64,000 nt of DNA, taken from the NCBI GenBank assembly GCA_039816825.1, contig JBCBXA010000005.1, forward strand, positions 537-64,536, read 5' to 3'. Each line of letters begins with the position of its first letter. The first letter of the stretch is position 1. This document shows positions 28,068 to 38,142 of the stretch, piece after piece. The translations under genes and the position numbers were made by a program. The DNA is from Pseudomonadota bacterium (lineage in GTDB: Bacteria > Pseudomonadota > Alphaproteobacteria > Rhizobiales > Rhizobiaceae). The notes under the pieces were generated by a model. It saw nothing but the letters and a program-made list of their open reading frames with translations. It was not told the DNA's origin and ran no database searches.

Positions 28068-30643
28068 GGCACGTGCTCGCCAAATGCTTCTTGCAGAATA
28101 CTCGCCTCAACGTCCGCTGCGCTGACCGCTTCTGCCAGCAGGCTCTCTCCTGCGCTGCCCAGCACTGGCTCTTTGCCCGCTTCCAGAATGATGGGCACAG
28201 CCAGCGGCGAGATTCTGTCGAGCCTTTTATGAATGATTCGGCCCTTGGTGCGAGCCAATAGATCACCCAGCCGGTGAATATCGAGGAGTCCTGATGCCGC
28301 ATCGGCGCGTGTGGCCTTCAGCAGCAGGTGGTCCGGCTCGTGGGTTCTAAGAACGTCGAAGATCAGGTCTGTGGACATGGTGACCTGACGCCCGGTCTTC
28401 TCCGCTCCGATCTGGCGCTGCTCAATGAGGCCTGAGATCATCGCGCAATAGCGAAAGGTCCGTTTGAGCATGAAGCTCTCATCAAGCCATTCTTCCAGAT
28501 CGCCGCCCATCATTTCTTCGGAGAAGAACGCCTCAAGCGCGCCGGGTCGGCTCAGCAGTTCACCATAGTCCTCCAGCCCCCAAATTTGCAGCGCATAGTC
28601 TGATGCGACGAAACCAAGCGGTCGCCAGTCCGCCCGTTCCATCCGGCGGGTGAGCAGCATGCCCATGGTCTGATGGGCGAGCTTTCCCTCAAAGGGATAG
28701 AGCGAAATGTAATGCCGCGGCCCCTTGGGGAAGGTTTCCACCAGCAACTCTTCGGGCCCCGGAACAATCGAGACTTCCTTCTGGATGCGCAGCCAGTCTG
28801 ACACCTGATCCGGCAGGTCGGGCCAGCGCTTGGGGTCGGAGATGATTTTCCGCACCGTATCGGCCAGAAAGCTGGAAAGCGGAAATTTACCTCCGGCATA
28901 ATAGGGTACTTTGGCCTCTGCGCCCGGCGCGTTGGAGACGATGCACTCATTGTCGCGAATGCCTTCGAACCGGAGCACTTTGCCTGCAAACAGGAACGTG
29001 TCGCCCTGGGTGAGAGTTTCAAGGAACAGCTCCTCGATTTTGCCCAGGATCGCGCCGCCGCGCTGATTGGTGCCTTTGCCCGCTTTGCCGTAGCGGATCT
29101 TGAGCTCGGTCGCCGCCGTGATGGTGCCGACATTCAGGCGGTAGGCCTGGGCAAAGCGCGGGTGCGTCACCCGCCACGATCCGTCCTGTGTCTGCTTGAT
29201 CTTTGCAAAGCGCTCATAGGTGCGCAGCGCGTATCCGCCGGTGGCGACAAATTCGACTGCCTGATCGAAGGTCGCTCGGGTGAGGTCCGCATAAGGCAGG
29301 GCGGATATGATCTCTCGGTAGAGGTCATCCGCCTGAAAGGGCTTGGCGACCGCCATGCCCATAATGTGCTGGGCCAAGACATCCAGCGACCCGGCCCGCA
29401 GGGGCGGCGTGTCCTGCGCGCCCAGATAATTGGCTTCCAGCGCCGCCCGGCATTCCAGAACTTCAAACCGGTTGGACGGTACGAGAATGGCTTCGGACGG
29501 TTCGTCCATCCTGTGATTGGAGCGCCCGATGCGTTGGGCGAGGCGGCTGGCTCCCTTTGGCGCGCCCATATGGACCACCAGATCCACGTCGCCCCAATCA
29601 AGGCCCAGATCCAGCGTGGATGTGGCTATGACGGCCCGCAGCTCGTTGCGATCCATCGCCGCTTCCACCTTTCGCCGCTGGCCGACATCCAGGCTGCCAT
29701 GGTGGAGTGCGATTGGAAGATTGTCCTCATTGTGGTGCCAGAACTCCTGAAACAGGAGCTCCGCTTGGCTGCGCGTGTTGACGAAAATGATGGTCGTCCG
29801 GTGCGCTTTCACGGCCTTGAGAATGTCTGGCACCGCATACCGGCTCATATGCCCTGACCAAGGCACATGTTCTTCGGAGTCCAAGATCTCGATCTCAGGC
29901 TTGGCACCGCCGGTCACCCGAACCAGTTCGGCCTTGGGCTCCTCCTCCCCGATCTCACCATCGGCATTCACGTGGTTCTGGGGCACAAGCCAGCGGCGCA
30001 GTTCGTCCGGTTGAGCCACGGTGGCGCTCAGGCCAAGGGTCTGCATCTCAGGCGCAAGCTGGCGCAGGCGGGCAAGGCCTAAAGACAGCAAATGCCCGCG
30101 CTTGGACGTGACGAGGGAGTGGAGTTCATCAAAGATAACGAACTTCAGATCTTCAAAAAACCGGTCGGCATCCTTGGCTGCGATCAGCAGCGCCACCTGC
30201 TCTGGCGTCGTCATGAGAATGTCCGGCGGGCGCAGTTTCTGGCGTTGCCGCTTGTGAACCGGCGTGTCGCCTGTCCGGGTTTCAAGCGCGACGTTGAGCT
30301 CCATCTCCTCAATCGGCGTCTTGAGATTTCGCTCGATGTCCACGGCCAGCGCTTTGATGGGCGAGATGTAGAGCGTGTGGATCCCCCGCTGGGGTTCGCC
30401 CGGTTTGCGCCTCGCGCGCGCTGAGAGGTCGGTGAGGGATGGCAAAAACCCGGCCAGCGTCTTGCCTGCTCCTGTGGGGGCGATCAGAAGAGCGCTTTTG
30501 CCGGCCTGCGCCGCGCCCAGAAGCTGCAGCTGATGCGGTCGTGGAGCCCAGCCCCGTCGGGCAAACCAGTTGGTGAATGGTTCCGGTAGGCAGGCCTCCA
30601 CCTCAATGGTGCTCAGTGTTTCGATGCGGACCGACTGGTTCAT
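28064..30643 (-). CDS. Ligase-associated DNA damage response DEXH-box helicase (Lhr-like)
   Basis: 859 aa. Walker A 'APTGAGKT', 'FDELH' (DExH), 'SAT', helicase C 'TSTLDLGLDWGDVD...RIGRSNH', plus Lhr-type C-terminal domain. Confidence 0.85.
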   Translation of the reverse strand: MNQSVRIETLSTIEVEACLPEPFTNWFARRGWAPRPHQLQLLGAAQAGKSALLIAPTGAGKTLAGFLPSLTDLSARARRKPGEPQRGIHTLYISPIKALAVDIERNLKTPIEEMELNVALETRTGDTPVHKRQRQKLRPPDILMTTPEQVALLIAAKDADRFFEDLKFVIFDELHSLVTSKRGHLLSLGLARLRQLAPEMQTLGLSATVAQPDELRRWLVPQNHVNADGEIGEEEPKAELVRVTGGAKPEIEILDSEEHVPWSGHMSRYAVPDILKAVKAHRTTIIFVNTRSQAELLFQEFWHHNEDNLPIALHHGSLDVGQRRKVEAAMDRNELRAVIATSTLDLGLDWGDVDLVVHMGAPKGASRLAQRIGRSNHRMDEPSEAILVPSNRFEVLECRAALEANYLGAQDTPPLRAGSLDVLAQHIMGMAVAKPFQADDLYREIISALPYADLTRATFDQAVEFVATGGYALRTYERFAKIKQTQDGSWRVTHPRFAQAYRLNVGTITAATELKIRYGKAGKGTNQRGGAILGKIEELFLETLTQGDTFLFAGKVLRFEGIRDNECIVSNAPGAEAKVPYYAGGKFPLSSFLADTVRKIISDPKRWPDLPDQVSDWLRIQKEVSIVPGPEELLVETFPKGPRHYISLYPFEGKLAHQTMGMLLTRRMERADWRPLGFVASDYALQIWGLEDYGELLSRPGALEAFFSEEMMGGDLEEWLDESFMLKRTFRYCAMISGLIEQRQIGAEKTGRQVTMSTDLIFDVLRTHEPDHLLLKATRADAASGLLDIHRLGDLLARTKGRIIHKRLDRISPLAVPIILEAGKEPVLGSAGESLLAEAVSAADVEASILQEAFGEHVP

Positions 30644-30741
30644 GGCTGCAACATGGGGTGCGCGGGGGCTTTGAGAAGAGACCGGTTGCTATCGCGAGCC
30701 GACAGTGAGCCTAGTTTCGGCGGCAGAGCTTGCCTTGCTCC

Positions 30742-30753
30742 GCTCATATGAGC
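30742..30753. promoter_or_regulatory. Perfect 12-bp palindrome GCTCATATGAGC (candidate operator)
   Basis: Self-complementary 12-mer 47 bp upstream of the S24 regulator ATG and 99 bp upstream of the divergent helicase start. Confidence 0.3.
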
Positions 30754-30799
30754 TAGGGATAAAGTCCTAAAGGATAATATTCCTCTCTGGTGGGCGCAA

Positions 30800-31555
30800 A
30801 TGATGCACCAATTATCCCATGACGCCGTTTGGAAGGCGATTGACCGTTTGGCGGAGCGCTACAAGCTGTCGCCTTCCGGTCTGGCACGCAGGGCGGGGTT
30901 GGATCCAACGATCTTCAACAAGTCCAAGCGCCTTGCGGCGAACGGCAGGGAGCGCTGGCCCTCCACAGAATCCATCGCCAAGATTATCGATGCGACCGGC
31001 AGTTCGGTGGATGAGTTCATGGATCTCATTCTCGACCGGTCACCGGATGGTGCAGATAGACTGGTGGCACCGGTGGGCGGCGAAGTGCTGCCCATGCCTG
31101 AGCCAAGTCTGGCGGGCAATCTGGCCGACGATTTGCCCCAGGATATGCCAGCCGATCTGTTGCCACCGCCCCGGTCTGTGCCCTTGATCGGTCTGGCCGA
31201 AGCCGGGACGGGCGGCTATTTCACGCCCTCCGGCTTACCCACTGGCCATGGCTGGGACGAGGTCCATTTGCCCGGTTCCGACGATGAGGGCGCTTATGCG
31301 CTGGAGGTGTCCGGCAATTCCATGCTGCCGCTCTACAGGCATGGCGATGTTCTGGTCGTGTCGGCCACGACGCCGGTGCATGTGGGAGACCGTGTGGTCG
31401 TGCGCACCCTGGACGGTGAGGTGATGGCCAAGATCCTGTCCCGCCGCACCGAACGGTTTATCGAGCTTGAGAGCCTCAATCCTGACTTCGAAGCCCGGCA
31501 GTTCAAGCTCACGGAAGTGGATTGGATCCACCGCATTCTCTGGGTCCGGCAATAG
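30800..31555 (+). CDS. HTH + S24 peptidase (LexA/CI-like, self-cleaving type) transcriptional regulator
   Basis: N-terminal HTH 'LSPSGLARRAGLDPTIFNKSK', acidic/Pro-rich linker, C-terminal S24 domain with 'GNSMLPL' (Ser) and 'VMAKIL' (Lys). Confidence 0.75.
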   Translation: MMHQLSHDAVWKAIDRLAERYKLSPSGLARRAGLDPTIFNKSKRLAANGRERWPSTESIAKIIDATGSSVDEFMDLILDRSPDGADRLVAPVGGEVLPMPEPSLAGNLADDLPQDMPADLLPPPRSVPLIGLAEAGTGGYFTPSGLPTGHGWDEVHLPGSDDEGAYALEVSGNSMLPLYRHGDVLVVSATTPVHVGDRVVVRTLDGEVMAKILSRRTERFIELESLNPDFEARQFKLTEVDWIHRILWVRQ

Positions 31556-31558
31556 GCT

Positions 31559-32485
31559 CTAAGCTGCCTTGCCGGCCTTTCTGCTCGCCAGCACAACCCC
31601 GGCAAGCACCAATGCAGTACCCACATAATGAAAGGCGTAGATGCGTTCGCCGACTAGCAGCCAGGCGAGAAAGATCCCGTAGATTGGCAGCAGGTACATA
31701 AAGGTGCTGGCCACCGCCGCACCGAGCCGCCTGACGCCAAACTGGTAGCCAAGAAAAGCGGTGAGCGACGAGATCAGAACGATTGCCGCAATGGACATCC
31801 ACTGGTCTGCGCGCGTGGGAAGCTCACCAGTGTTGACCAACTCCAGAGTGGCTGCGGGCAACAGAAGCAGGGCGCCGCAAGCCGAGAAAAGCGCCAGACC
31901 CGCCACGTTGGGCAGCGCGCGAAACGCTTCGCGGCGCAGCACAATGGAATAGATCGCCCAGCTCAGCGATGTAACGACCACAATCGCGTCGCCCAGATTG
32001 AAGCGGAACGCGAGCAGTTCGCCCCATGATCCCCGCGCCATGATGAAGAGGATGCCACCGCTGGCGATCAGAATGCCAAATATCTGGCGCCCGACGAGCG
32101 GCCTGCCCATGAAGAGCCGTTCAATGACCACGATCATGGCCGGAACAGACGAATAAATCAGGATGCCATTGGCTGCGCTGGTCATTGTGAGAGCCAGATA
32201 GAAGACGCCGCCACAGATGAACTGGCCGAGAAAACCCATCAGAACAATGGCTCGCCAATTCTCTGCCAGAGCCTGCCGATGAACAACGAGGCTCCGCCAG
32301 ACGATGGGCAACAGGATCAGGGCCACCAGCGACCATCGCAGGAGCGCAAGTGTGAACGGATTGACCGTCTCCACTGCCGTGCGCCCAAAGGCAGCGTTGG
32401 ACGCAAAGGCAAGCGGTGTGCCCACCATAATCGCGACCGCCAGCCAATCCGGGCCGGCGCCCTCATCAGCATGCGTATGTGTCAC
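31559..32485 (-). CDS. DMT-superfamily (EamA-type) transporter
   Basis: 308 aa, 10 TM segments in two EamA-like halves. Start overlaps the lysK stop by 4 nt. Confidence 0.75.
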   Translation of the reverse strand: MTHTHADEGAGPDWLAVAIMVGTPLAFASNAAFGRTAVETVNPFTLALLRWSLVALILLPIVWRSLVVHRQALAENWRAIVLMGFLGQFICGGVFYLALTMTSAANGILIYSSVPAMIVVIERLFMGRPLVGRQIFGILIASGGILFIMARGSWGELLAFRFNLGDAIVVVTSLSWAIYSIVLRREAFRALPNVAGLALFSACGALLLLPAATLELVNTGELPTRADQWMSIAAIVLISSLTAFLGYQFGVRRLGAAVASTFMYLLPIYGIFLAWLLVGERIYAFHYVGTALVLAGVVLASRKAGKAA

Positions 32486-34122
32486 GCGGCGGAGGCGTCT
32501 GCCAGCAGCTCACCCGCCAGTGCCCGGTCGATCAGCGCCTTGGTTTCGGGCACACCGTAAAGCGCAATGAAGGATCCAAAGCGCGGCCCCTGATCTTCGC
32601 CCAGCAGCACCTGATAGAGCGCCGAAAACCAATCGCGAATGTTCTCAAACGCATGCTCTTTGCCCACGGTGAACACTTCGGTCTGCAATGTCTCCCCATC
32701 TGGCTTTGCGCCGCTGCCCGCAATACCGCCAAGCCGGGCCGACAAGTCTTCCAGCGCGCTGCGCTCCAGATCGGTAGGCGCGCGGAAGCTTTTATTGGGG
32801 ATGACGAAGTCCCGCCCGTAGCGCAGCGCGTAGCCGATCAGGCCATCCAGCGGCGGGTTGTTCTGTGGCGTCGCATCAGGCGCATATTTGCCGATAAAGC
32901 CCCAAAGGGTCTCGGCATCCTGCGCTCCTGAAGCGCTCACCAGGTTGAGCAGCATGGAGAACGGGATCGCCGTGTTGCCATGCTCCGGCGCACCGGCATG
33001 GATGTGAAAGGCCGGGTTGGAGAGGCGTGTCTTCCAGTCCTGCTCGTCATATTTTCCGGCATGGGTGTAATATTCGTCCACGGCCTTGGGGATCACATCG
33101 AAGTGCAGGCGTTTGGCGGTGCGGGGCTTCATATACATGAAATAGGCCAGGCTCTCTGGCGAGGCGTATGTCAGCCATTCATCAATCGAAATGCCATTGC
33201 CCTTGGTCTTTGAGATCTTCTCACCGGCAGCATCGAGGAACAATTCGTAGACGTAATGTTCCGGTGGCCGTTGGCCCAGGATACGGCAGATTCTATCATA
33301 AACGACCGAGTTGGCCTGATGGTCCTTGCCGAACATCTCATAGTGAACGTTCAGCGCGGCAAACCGCATGCCGAAATCCGGCTTCCATTGCAGTTTCACA
33401 GCACCGCCGGTCACCGGCAGCGTCGTTTCCCTGTCGCCTGCTGAACTGTCGTCAAAGGTCACGGTGCCTTCTTTTGCGTCCACATGCTTCATCGGCACAT
33501 AGAGCACCTTGCCGGTTTCGGGCGAGATGGGCAGGAAGGGCGAATAGGTTGCCTGCCGCTCTTCACCGAGGGTCGGCAGCATCACATCCATAATGTCCTG
33601 ATAGCGCTCGGCCGCGGTGCGCAATGCATCGTCAAACCGGCCGCTCTCATAATAGTCCGTGGATGACGCGAACTCATAGTCAAAGCCGAAGCCATCGAGG
33701 AACTCCCGCAGCTTGGCATTGTTGTGATGGGCAAAACTCGGGTGCTCGCTGCCAAACGGGTTCGGCACGCGACTCAACGGGATGTCGATATATTCAGCCA
33801 GCATGTCGGCGTTGGGCACATTGCCCGGTACTTTGCGCATGCCATCGAGATCGTCTGAGAAGCAGATGATCCTGGTGGCAACCTTGTCTTCGGTCAACAC
33901 GCGGAAAGCGTGGCGGACCATGGAGGTTCGTGCCACTTCGCCAAACGTGCCGATATGAGGCAGTCCCGATGGCCCGTAGCCTGTCTCGAATATGGCGACC
34001 TCCGGATAGCCCGACTGATCAAACCGTTTGACGAGCTTCCGCGCTTCCTCAAAGGGCCACGCCTTGGATGAGCGGGCCTCGGCCAACATGTCTGGCGAAA
34101 CGGTCAGGGCAGGGAGCGTCAT
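32482..34122 (-). CDS. lysK: Lysine--tRNA ligase, class I
   Basis: 546 aa. Class I '[10 protein letters not shown]' (HIGH-type) and 'KISKTKG' (KMSKS-type) motifs, typical of alphaproteobacterial LysRS-I. Confidence 0.9.
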   Translation of the reverse strand: MTLPALTVSPDMLAEARSSKAWPFEEARKLVKRFDQSGYPEVAIFETGYGPSGLPHIGTFGEVARTSMVRHAFRVLTEDKVATRIICFSDDLDGMRKVPGNVPNADMLAEYIDIPLSRVPNPFGSEHPSFAHHNNAKLREFLDGFGFDYEFASSTDYYESGRFDDALRTAAERYQDIMDVMLPTLGEERQATYSPFLPISPETGKVLYVPMKHVDAKEGTVTFDDSSAGDRETTLPVTGGAVKLQWKPDFGMRFAALNVHYEMFGKDHQANSVVYDRICRILGQRPPEHYVYELFLDAAGEKISKTKGNGISIDEWLTYASPESLAYFMYMKPRTAKRLHFDVIPKAVDEYYTHAGKYDEQDWKTRLSNPAFHIHAGAPEHGNTAIPFSMLLNLVSASGAQDAETLWGFIGKYAPDATPQNNPPLDGLIGYALRYGRDFVIPNKSFRAPTDLERSALEDLSARLGGIAGSGAKPDGETLQTEVFTVGKEHAFENIRDWFSALYQVLLGEDQGPRFGSFIALYGVPETKALIDRALAGELLADASAA

Positions 34123-34285
34123 AGTCTGATCCTTATGGGAGATGGCGGAGCGGTAGGAGCCAGCGGACCGGTCGTCAAGCCTGCCGTCGGCGGTGGCTCC
34201 GCATCACGCCGCTGTGTCAACATGTGTGCTGCAGCGGCTCGTCTGATCAGGCTATATAGAGCCATTGTTAAAGAGAGCCATCGAC

Positions 34286-35089
34286 ATGTCCGAGTTCATC
34301 GCCACTTATGAACCCATCATCCGGTCTTCTGTTTTCCTCGGTCTCTTTCTGACCCTGGCAGCGACAGAGCTCTTCGCGCCCCGCTCAGAACATGTTGAAG
34401 CCAAGGGCGCTCGCTGGTTCACCAATTGGTCGATCTTCATCATCGACATTCTTGTGCTCAGGCTGGCTTTCAAAACGGCGGCGGTCGGCATTGCCGTCTG
34501 GGCTTCGGTCAACGGTTACGGCCTCTTCAATGCTGTTGGTTGGCCGCTTTGGCTCGAAGGCCTGATCGTCTTCCTAATTCTTGATTTTGCGGTTTGGGCG
34601 AGCCACGTCGCCAGTCACAAGATTCCTATCTTCTGGCGCATCCATCGCATGCACCATGCTGACACCAATATCGATGTCACGACGGCGTTGCGCTTCCATC
34701 CCATCGAGATCATGCTGTCCATGCTGTTCAAGGTTGCGGTGATCATTGCGCTCGGAGCGCCTGCTGTGGCGGTCATCATCTTTGAGATCGTGCTCAACGG
34801 CATGGCCATGTTCAACCATTCCAACATCAAGCTGCCGCTGGGCGTCGACCGATTTTTGCGCTGGCTCGTGGTGACGCCGGACATGCACCGCATTCATCAT
34901 TCTTCAGAGCAGCCGGAAACCGACTCCAATTACGGTTTCAACCTGGCGATCTGGGATCGCATCTTTGCGACCTATACCCAGGAGCCCAAGCTGGGCCATG
35001 ACGGTATTGAAATCGGCCTCAAGGAATATCAGGACAAACGCCCGACCCAATTGCCGTGGAGCCTGTCGCTGCCGTTTCGGAGCCAGTGA
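34286..35089 (+). CDS. Sterol desaturase / fatty-acid hydroxylase family membrane protein
   Basis: His boxes 'HVASHK', 'HRMHH', 'HRIHH'. Four TM segments. ATG at 34286 (the tracked ORF begins at a TTG at 34265). Confidence 0.75.
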   Translation: MSEFIATYEPIIRSSVFLGLFLTLAATELFAPRSEHVEAKGARWFTNWSIFIIDILVLRLAFKTAAVGIAVWASVNGYGLFNAVGWPLWLEGLIVFLILDFAVWASHVASHKIPIFWRIHRMHHADTNIDVTTALRFHPIEIMLSMLFKVAVIIALGAPAVAVIIFEIVLNGMAMFNHSNIKLPLGVDRFLRWLVVTPDMHRIHHSSEQPETDSNYGFNLAIWDRIFATYTQEPKLGHDGIEIGLKEYQDKRPTQLPWSLSLPFRSQ

Positions 35090-35111
35090 AAAAGGGGCGG
35101 CTCGTCTGACC

Positions 35112-36005
35112 CTAGTAAGGCGCCACGGGGAAGTGCCGCAGATAGAGTTCCTGAAAGCGGTTTTGTCGGCGCATTTCATAAAGAGCGTATTCGACAATGT
35201 CGGCAGAGATTGCGTCACCTTTGCGGGTTGCGATGGTCAGGCCGTCACCAAAATAACGATCGGAGAAATAGGGGCCGCTGGCGAAACTGCAGCATTGCGA
35301 AGAGGCTGACCCCGCCAACCAGGCGACCGACAAAGGCGCATCATCAAAGGCATGATCCACAATCGCGCTCGTGAGCGCCAGCTGCAGCGTGGTCCGATCT
35401 GTCACAGCAACCGGTGTGAGCTTGGGAAAAAAAGCCCGCAAATAGGCTTCATGTGCAGATGCTTCGACGACGGCGACCCGCGTGCCTTCAGGCAGGTCAA
35501 GTGGATCTGCTGAAACCGCCCGGGCGTCCTTTCGCGCAAGAAAACGACCCGCAAAGCGCAAGAAGACGGGGCTTGCAACGGCTCCAATGCCGGCAAAACC
35601 TTCAATGGATTGTCCGGCAAGCACTGCTTCTCCATTTCCAGCTTGCAGAACGTCCGTCAGTTCATCAAATGGCATGGCCTCGATCTGGCATCTTGCCCCC
35701 AACTGGACCACGTCACAAATGCTGCGGGCCAGGTCGACATGGAAGCCTGTAAGGCGACCGGCTCCATCCACAAAGTTGAACGGCGGGAAGTCTGTCGTGG
35801 TGAGGAACCGGAAACGGGTGACCCCGCGGATGTCGGGCAAAGCGACATCGGTACGGGGGCCCAGAAAATCGGGAAATGCAGCAGATGCACCTGCTTGGGC
35901 CTCGGTAGACTCCTGCAAAGATTGTGCATTAGCGCTATAGCCATATGTCAGAACCACGAGGGCGGACGCCATAAGCACCGCCATAAACAAGGTTCGCCCC
36001 ATCAT
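35112..36005 (-). CDS. Periplasmic substrate-binding protein (SBP_bac_3-like), orphan
   Basis: Signal peptide 'MMGRTLFMAVLMASALVVLTYGYSANAQ', 'TTTDFPPFNFVD..GRLTGFHVDLARSIC' motif. No adjacent permease or ATPase genes. Confidence 0.65.
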   Translation of the reverse strand: MMGRTLFMAVLMASALVVLTYGYSANAQSLQESTEAQAGASAAFPDFLGPRTDVALPDIRGVTRFRFLTTTDFPPFNFVDGAGRLTGFHVDLARSICDVVQLGARCQIEAMPFDELTDVLQAGNGEAVLAGQSIEGFAGIGAVASPVFLRFAGRFLARKDARAVSADPLDLPEGTRVAVVEASAHEAYLRAFFPKLTPVAVTDRTTLQLALTSAIVDHAFDDAPLSVAWLAGSASSQCCSFASGPYFSDRYFGDGLTIATRKGDAISADIVEYALYEMRRQNRFQELYLRHFPVAPY

Positions 36006-36091
36006 GGTTTTGGCTGTGGGTTGGAAGAGTGCTGCCATATGTCGTGCCTCATGCGCGCTATGGCTTTGGCACGATTGGGGTCTTGTGGGCA

Positions 36092-36727
36092 ATGCGAAAG
36101 GGGACCGACCGATACGCGGCAGATCGGGATGCAGATCCCCTCGCGTTTCTGACGACTGTCGGCCATTCGCGCGCCACGCCAGACGCTGTGCCAGCGGGTA
36201 ACTCAGAGGCCAACTCGGCTACCAATTCGACGTCAAGCAATCACCGACAAAACCAACAGCCGCCGAAGAGGCAGGCCCATGCACGCGTTTCGCTTCCCCC
36301 CGAGCTTCTCGTGCTTGAGCGCGCAGGTTACTCCCATCTCTCGCTGAGGAAAGTGCTCGCACTTGCCCTCAAATACCGTCAGGCTCCGGCTGTCATTGCG
36401 CTGAAAACGCGCCTTGTGTCCCACGAAGCATACCTCGCCGCCTTTGCAGCCTATACGGGCTCACACACGCTGAGCGTTCGCGCCATGAAGGCGCTTGCGC
36501 CTGTGTCGACCGGTTCTCCAGAGGTACAGATCAATCTCAATCGCCCTGTGCTGGCGCGACGGGTGGCCGGACATGCCGGCCGTCCTTTGCTGGTGTTGGC
36601 TCCCCATCCTCAGCAGTTCGGTTCGTTGCTCAAGCACATTCTTGATATGGGGCCCGACGCCGGTCGAATAGTGCTTGTGACCCCAGGTGCCTTGAGACGA
36701 TGGCTGGTCGGCTACCATGCGTCTTAG
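36092..36727 (+). CDS. Hypothetical protein, possibly the detached N-terminal part of the downstream glycosyltransferase
   Basis: Same reading frame as 36794..38128, separated from it only by a TAG at 36725..36727. Low-complexity N-terminus. The start is uncertain (ATG at 36092; the tracked ORF begins at 36029). Confidence 0.4.
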   Translation: MRKGTDRYAADRDADPLAFLTTVGHSRATPDAVPAGNSEANSATNSTSSNHRQNQQPPKRQAHARVSLPPELLVLERAGYSHLSLRKVLALALKYRQAPAVIALKTRLVSHEAYLAAFAAYTGSHTLSVRAMKALAPVSTGSPEVQINLNRPVLARRVAGHAGRPLLVLAPHPQQFGSLLKHILDMGPDAGRIVLVTPGALRRWLVGYHAS

Positions 36728-36793
36728 CTTGCTGATCGGGCGGAACATGTTTTTTCGCGCACCTGGCCCATTCGATCCGCCAAGACCGTATGG

Positions 36794-38128
36794 GTGCAGC
36801 ATCAGGCTCTCGTCATACTGGCCCTGGCGTCATTCGCAGCCGGTTCCTTGTTTCTGGCGTTCAGTACGGCCAGCCTGGTCCTCCACGGTATTTTCACTGC
36901 CTTCTTCACCTGTTGCGTCGGTCTGCGGCTGATTGTGCTCATGGCTGCGTTTCGCCGCGGAGTTCTCAGATCTGCTTTGCCAAGGCTCACGGGGCCAGCA
37001 CCGGTCTACACAGTTCTGGTGGCGCTTTATGATGAGGCTCGGCAGGCCAAAGCCTTGGTTTCTGCACTCTCCAATCTGAAATGGCCGCGCGGCAGGCTCG
37101 AGATAAAGTTCATTGCAGAAGTCGATGATCGAGAAACCGTGACGGCCCTTCGTGTGGCCATGCTGGCCTCACCAAGGGCGTCTGAGATGGAACTGCTGAT
37201 CGTGCCGGACTCGAAGTTGCGGACGAAGCCGAGGGCCCTGAACTTTGCACTGCCGATCTCGGTGGGGGAGTATGTCGTCCTTTACGATGCCGAAGACCGG
37301 CCCGATCCGCACCAGTTGCTGGAAGCCCATGCCCGGTTTTCGGCTGCAGGCGAGGATTTGGCCTGCCTCCAGTCCCCTCTTGCCATCAGCAATGGAGGGC
37401 GCGGCTTTCTGCCAATGATGTTTGCCCTTGAGTACGCGGCCCTTTTCAAGGTGCTGCTGCCAGCCATGGCCCGGCTTGGCCTGAGTTTCCCATTGGGCGG
37501 CACATCCAACCATTTTCGCCGTTCTGCGCTGGAGAAAGTCGGAGCATGGGATCCCTACAATGTAACGGAAGATGCCGACTTGGGGCTGCGTCTGGCGCGC
37601 TACGGTTACAGGAGCGATGTGTTGCACCAGCCGACCTTTGAGGAAGCTCCGGTGCACCTGCCGATCTGGATCCGCCAACGCACTCGGTGGTTGAAAGGAT
37701 GGGCCAAAACCTGGCTCATCCACTTGAGAGAACCGGTGCAGTTCGTCCGGGAGGCTGGCGTGCGGTCAGCTTGCGTCTCAATGGTTCTGTTTGGCGGCAC
37801 GCTGCTTGCGGCTCTGCTTCACCCCTGGATCTATGTCCTTCTGGTGATCATCGCGGTGCCCGCTTTCGCTCTTCCCGCCGATGGGCATCAATGGCTTGTG
37901 GCCATCGACGTCACCAACATCATGGCCGCCTTCATCATCCAGTACAGTTTGGTGATGCTGGCGGTACAGCGCGCGCCCTGGGTGCACAGGTTGGGCCATG
38001 GCATGCGGCAATGGTGGCCAGTGGGCATGCCCATCTATTGGCTGCTTGCAACCTTCGCCGCTTGGCGAGCCGTCGGCCAGCTTTTCACCAGTCCTCACCG
38101 CTGGGAGAAGACGCCCCATGGCCTTTAG
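36794..38128 (+). CDS. Family 2 glycosyltransferase, membrane-integrated (processive-type architecture)
   Basis: 444 aa. 'VYTVLVALYDEA', 'PRALNFAL', 'YDAEDRPDPHQL', 'QRTRWLKGW' (QxxRW) motifs. TM segments at both ends. GTG start. Confidence 0.8.
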   Translation: MQHQALVILALASFAAGSLFLAFSTASLVLHGIFTAFFTCCVGLRLIVLMAAFRRGVLRSALPRLTGPAPVYTVLVALYDEARQAKALVSALSNLKWPRGRLEIKFIAEVDDRETVTALRVAMLASPRASEMELLIVPDSKLRTKPRALNFALPISVGEYVVLYDAEDRPDPHQLLEAHARFSAAGEDLACLQSPLAISNGGRGFLPMMFALEYAALFKVLLPAMARLGLSFPLGGTSNHFRRSALEKVGAWDPYNVTEDADLGLRLARYGYRSDVLHQPTFEEAPVHLPIWIRQRTRWLKGWAKTWLIHLREPVQFVREAGVRSACVSMVLFGGTLLAALLHPWIYVLLVIIAVPAFALPADGHQWLVAIDVTNIMAAFIIQYSLVMLAVQRAPWVHRLGHGMRQWWPVGMPIYWLLATFAAWRAVGQLFTSPHRWEKTPHGL

Positions 38129-38142
38129 AGATAATTGGCGCT

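Noticed and set aside
30644-30799. Search for an alphaproteobacterial LexA SOS box (GTTC-N7-GTTC / GAAC-N7-GAAC) upstream of the helicase. The upstream regions of the exonuclease (49836..49918) and ligase (52241..52288) were also searched.
   Set aside because: No match was seen by eye in any of the three regions, so I do not claim SOS control of these genes.
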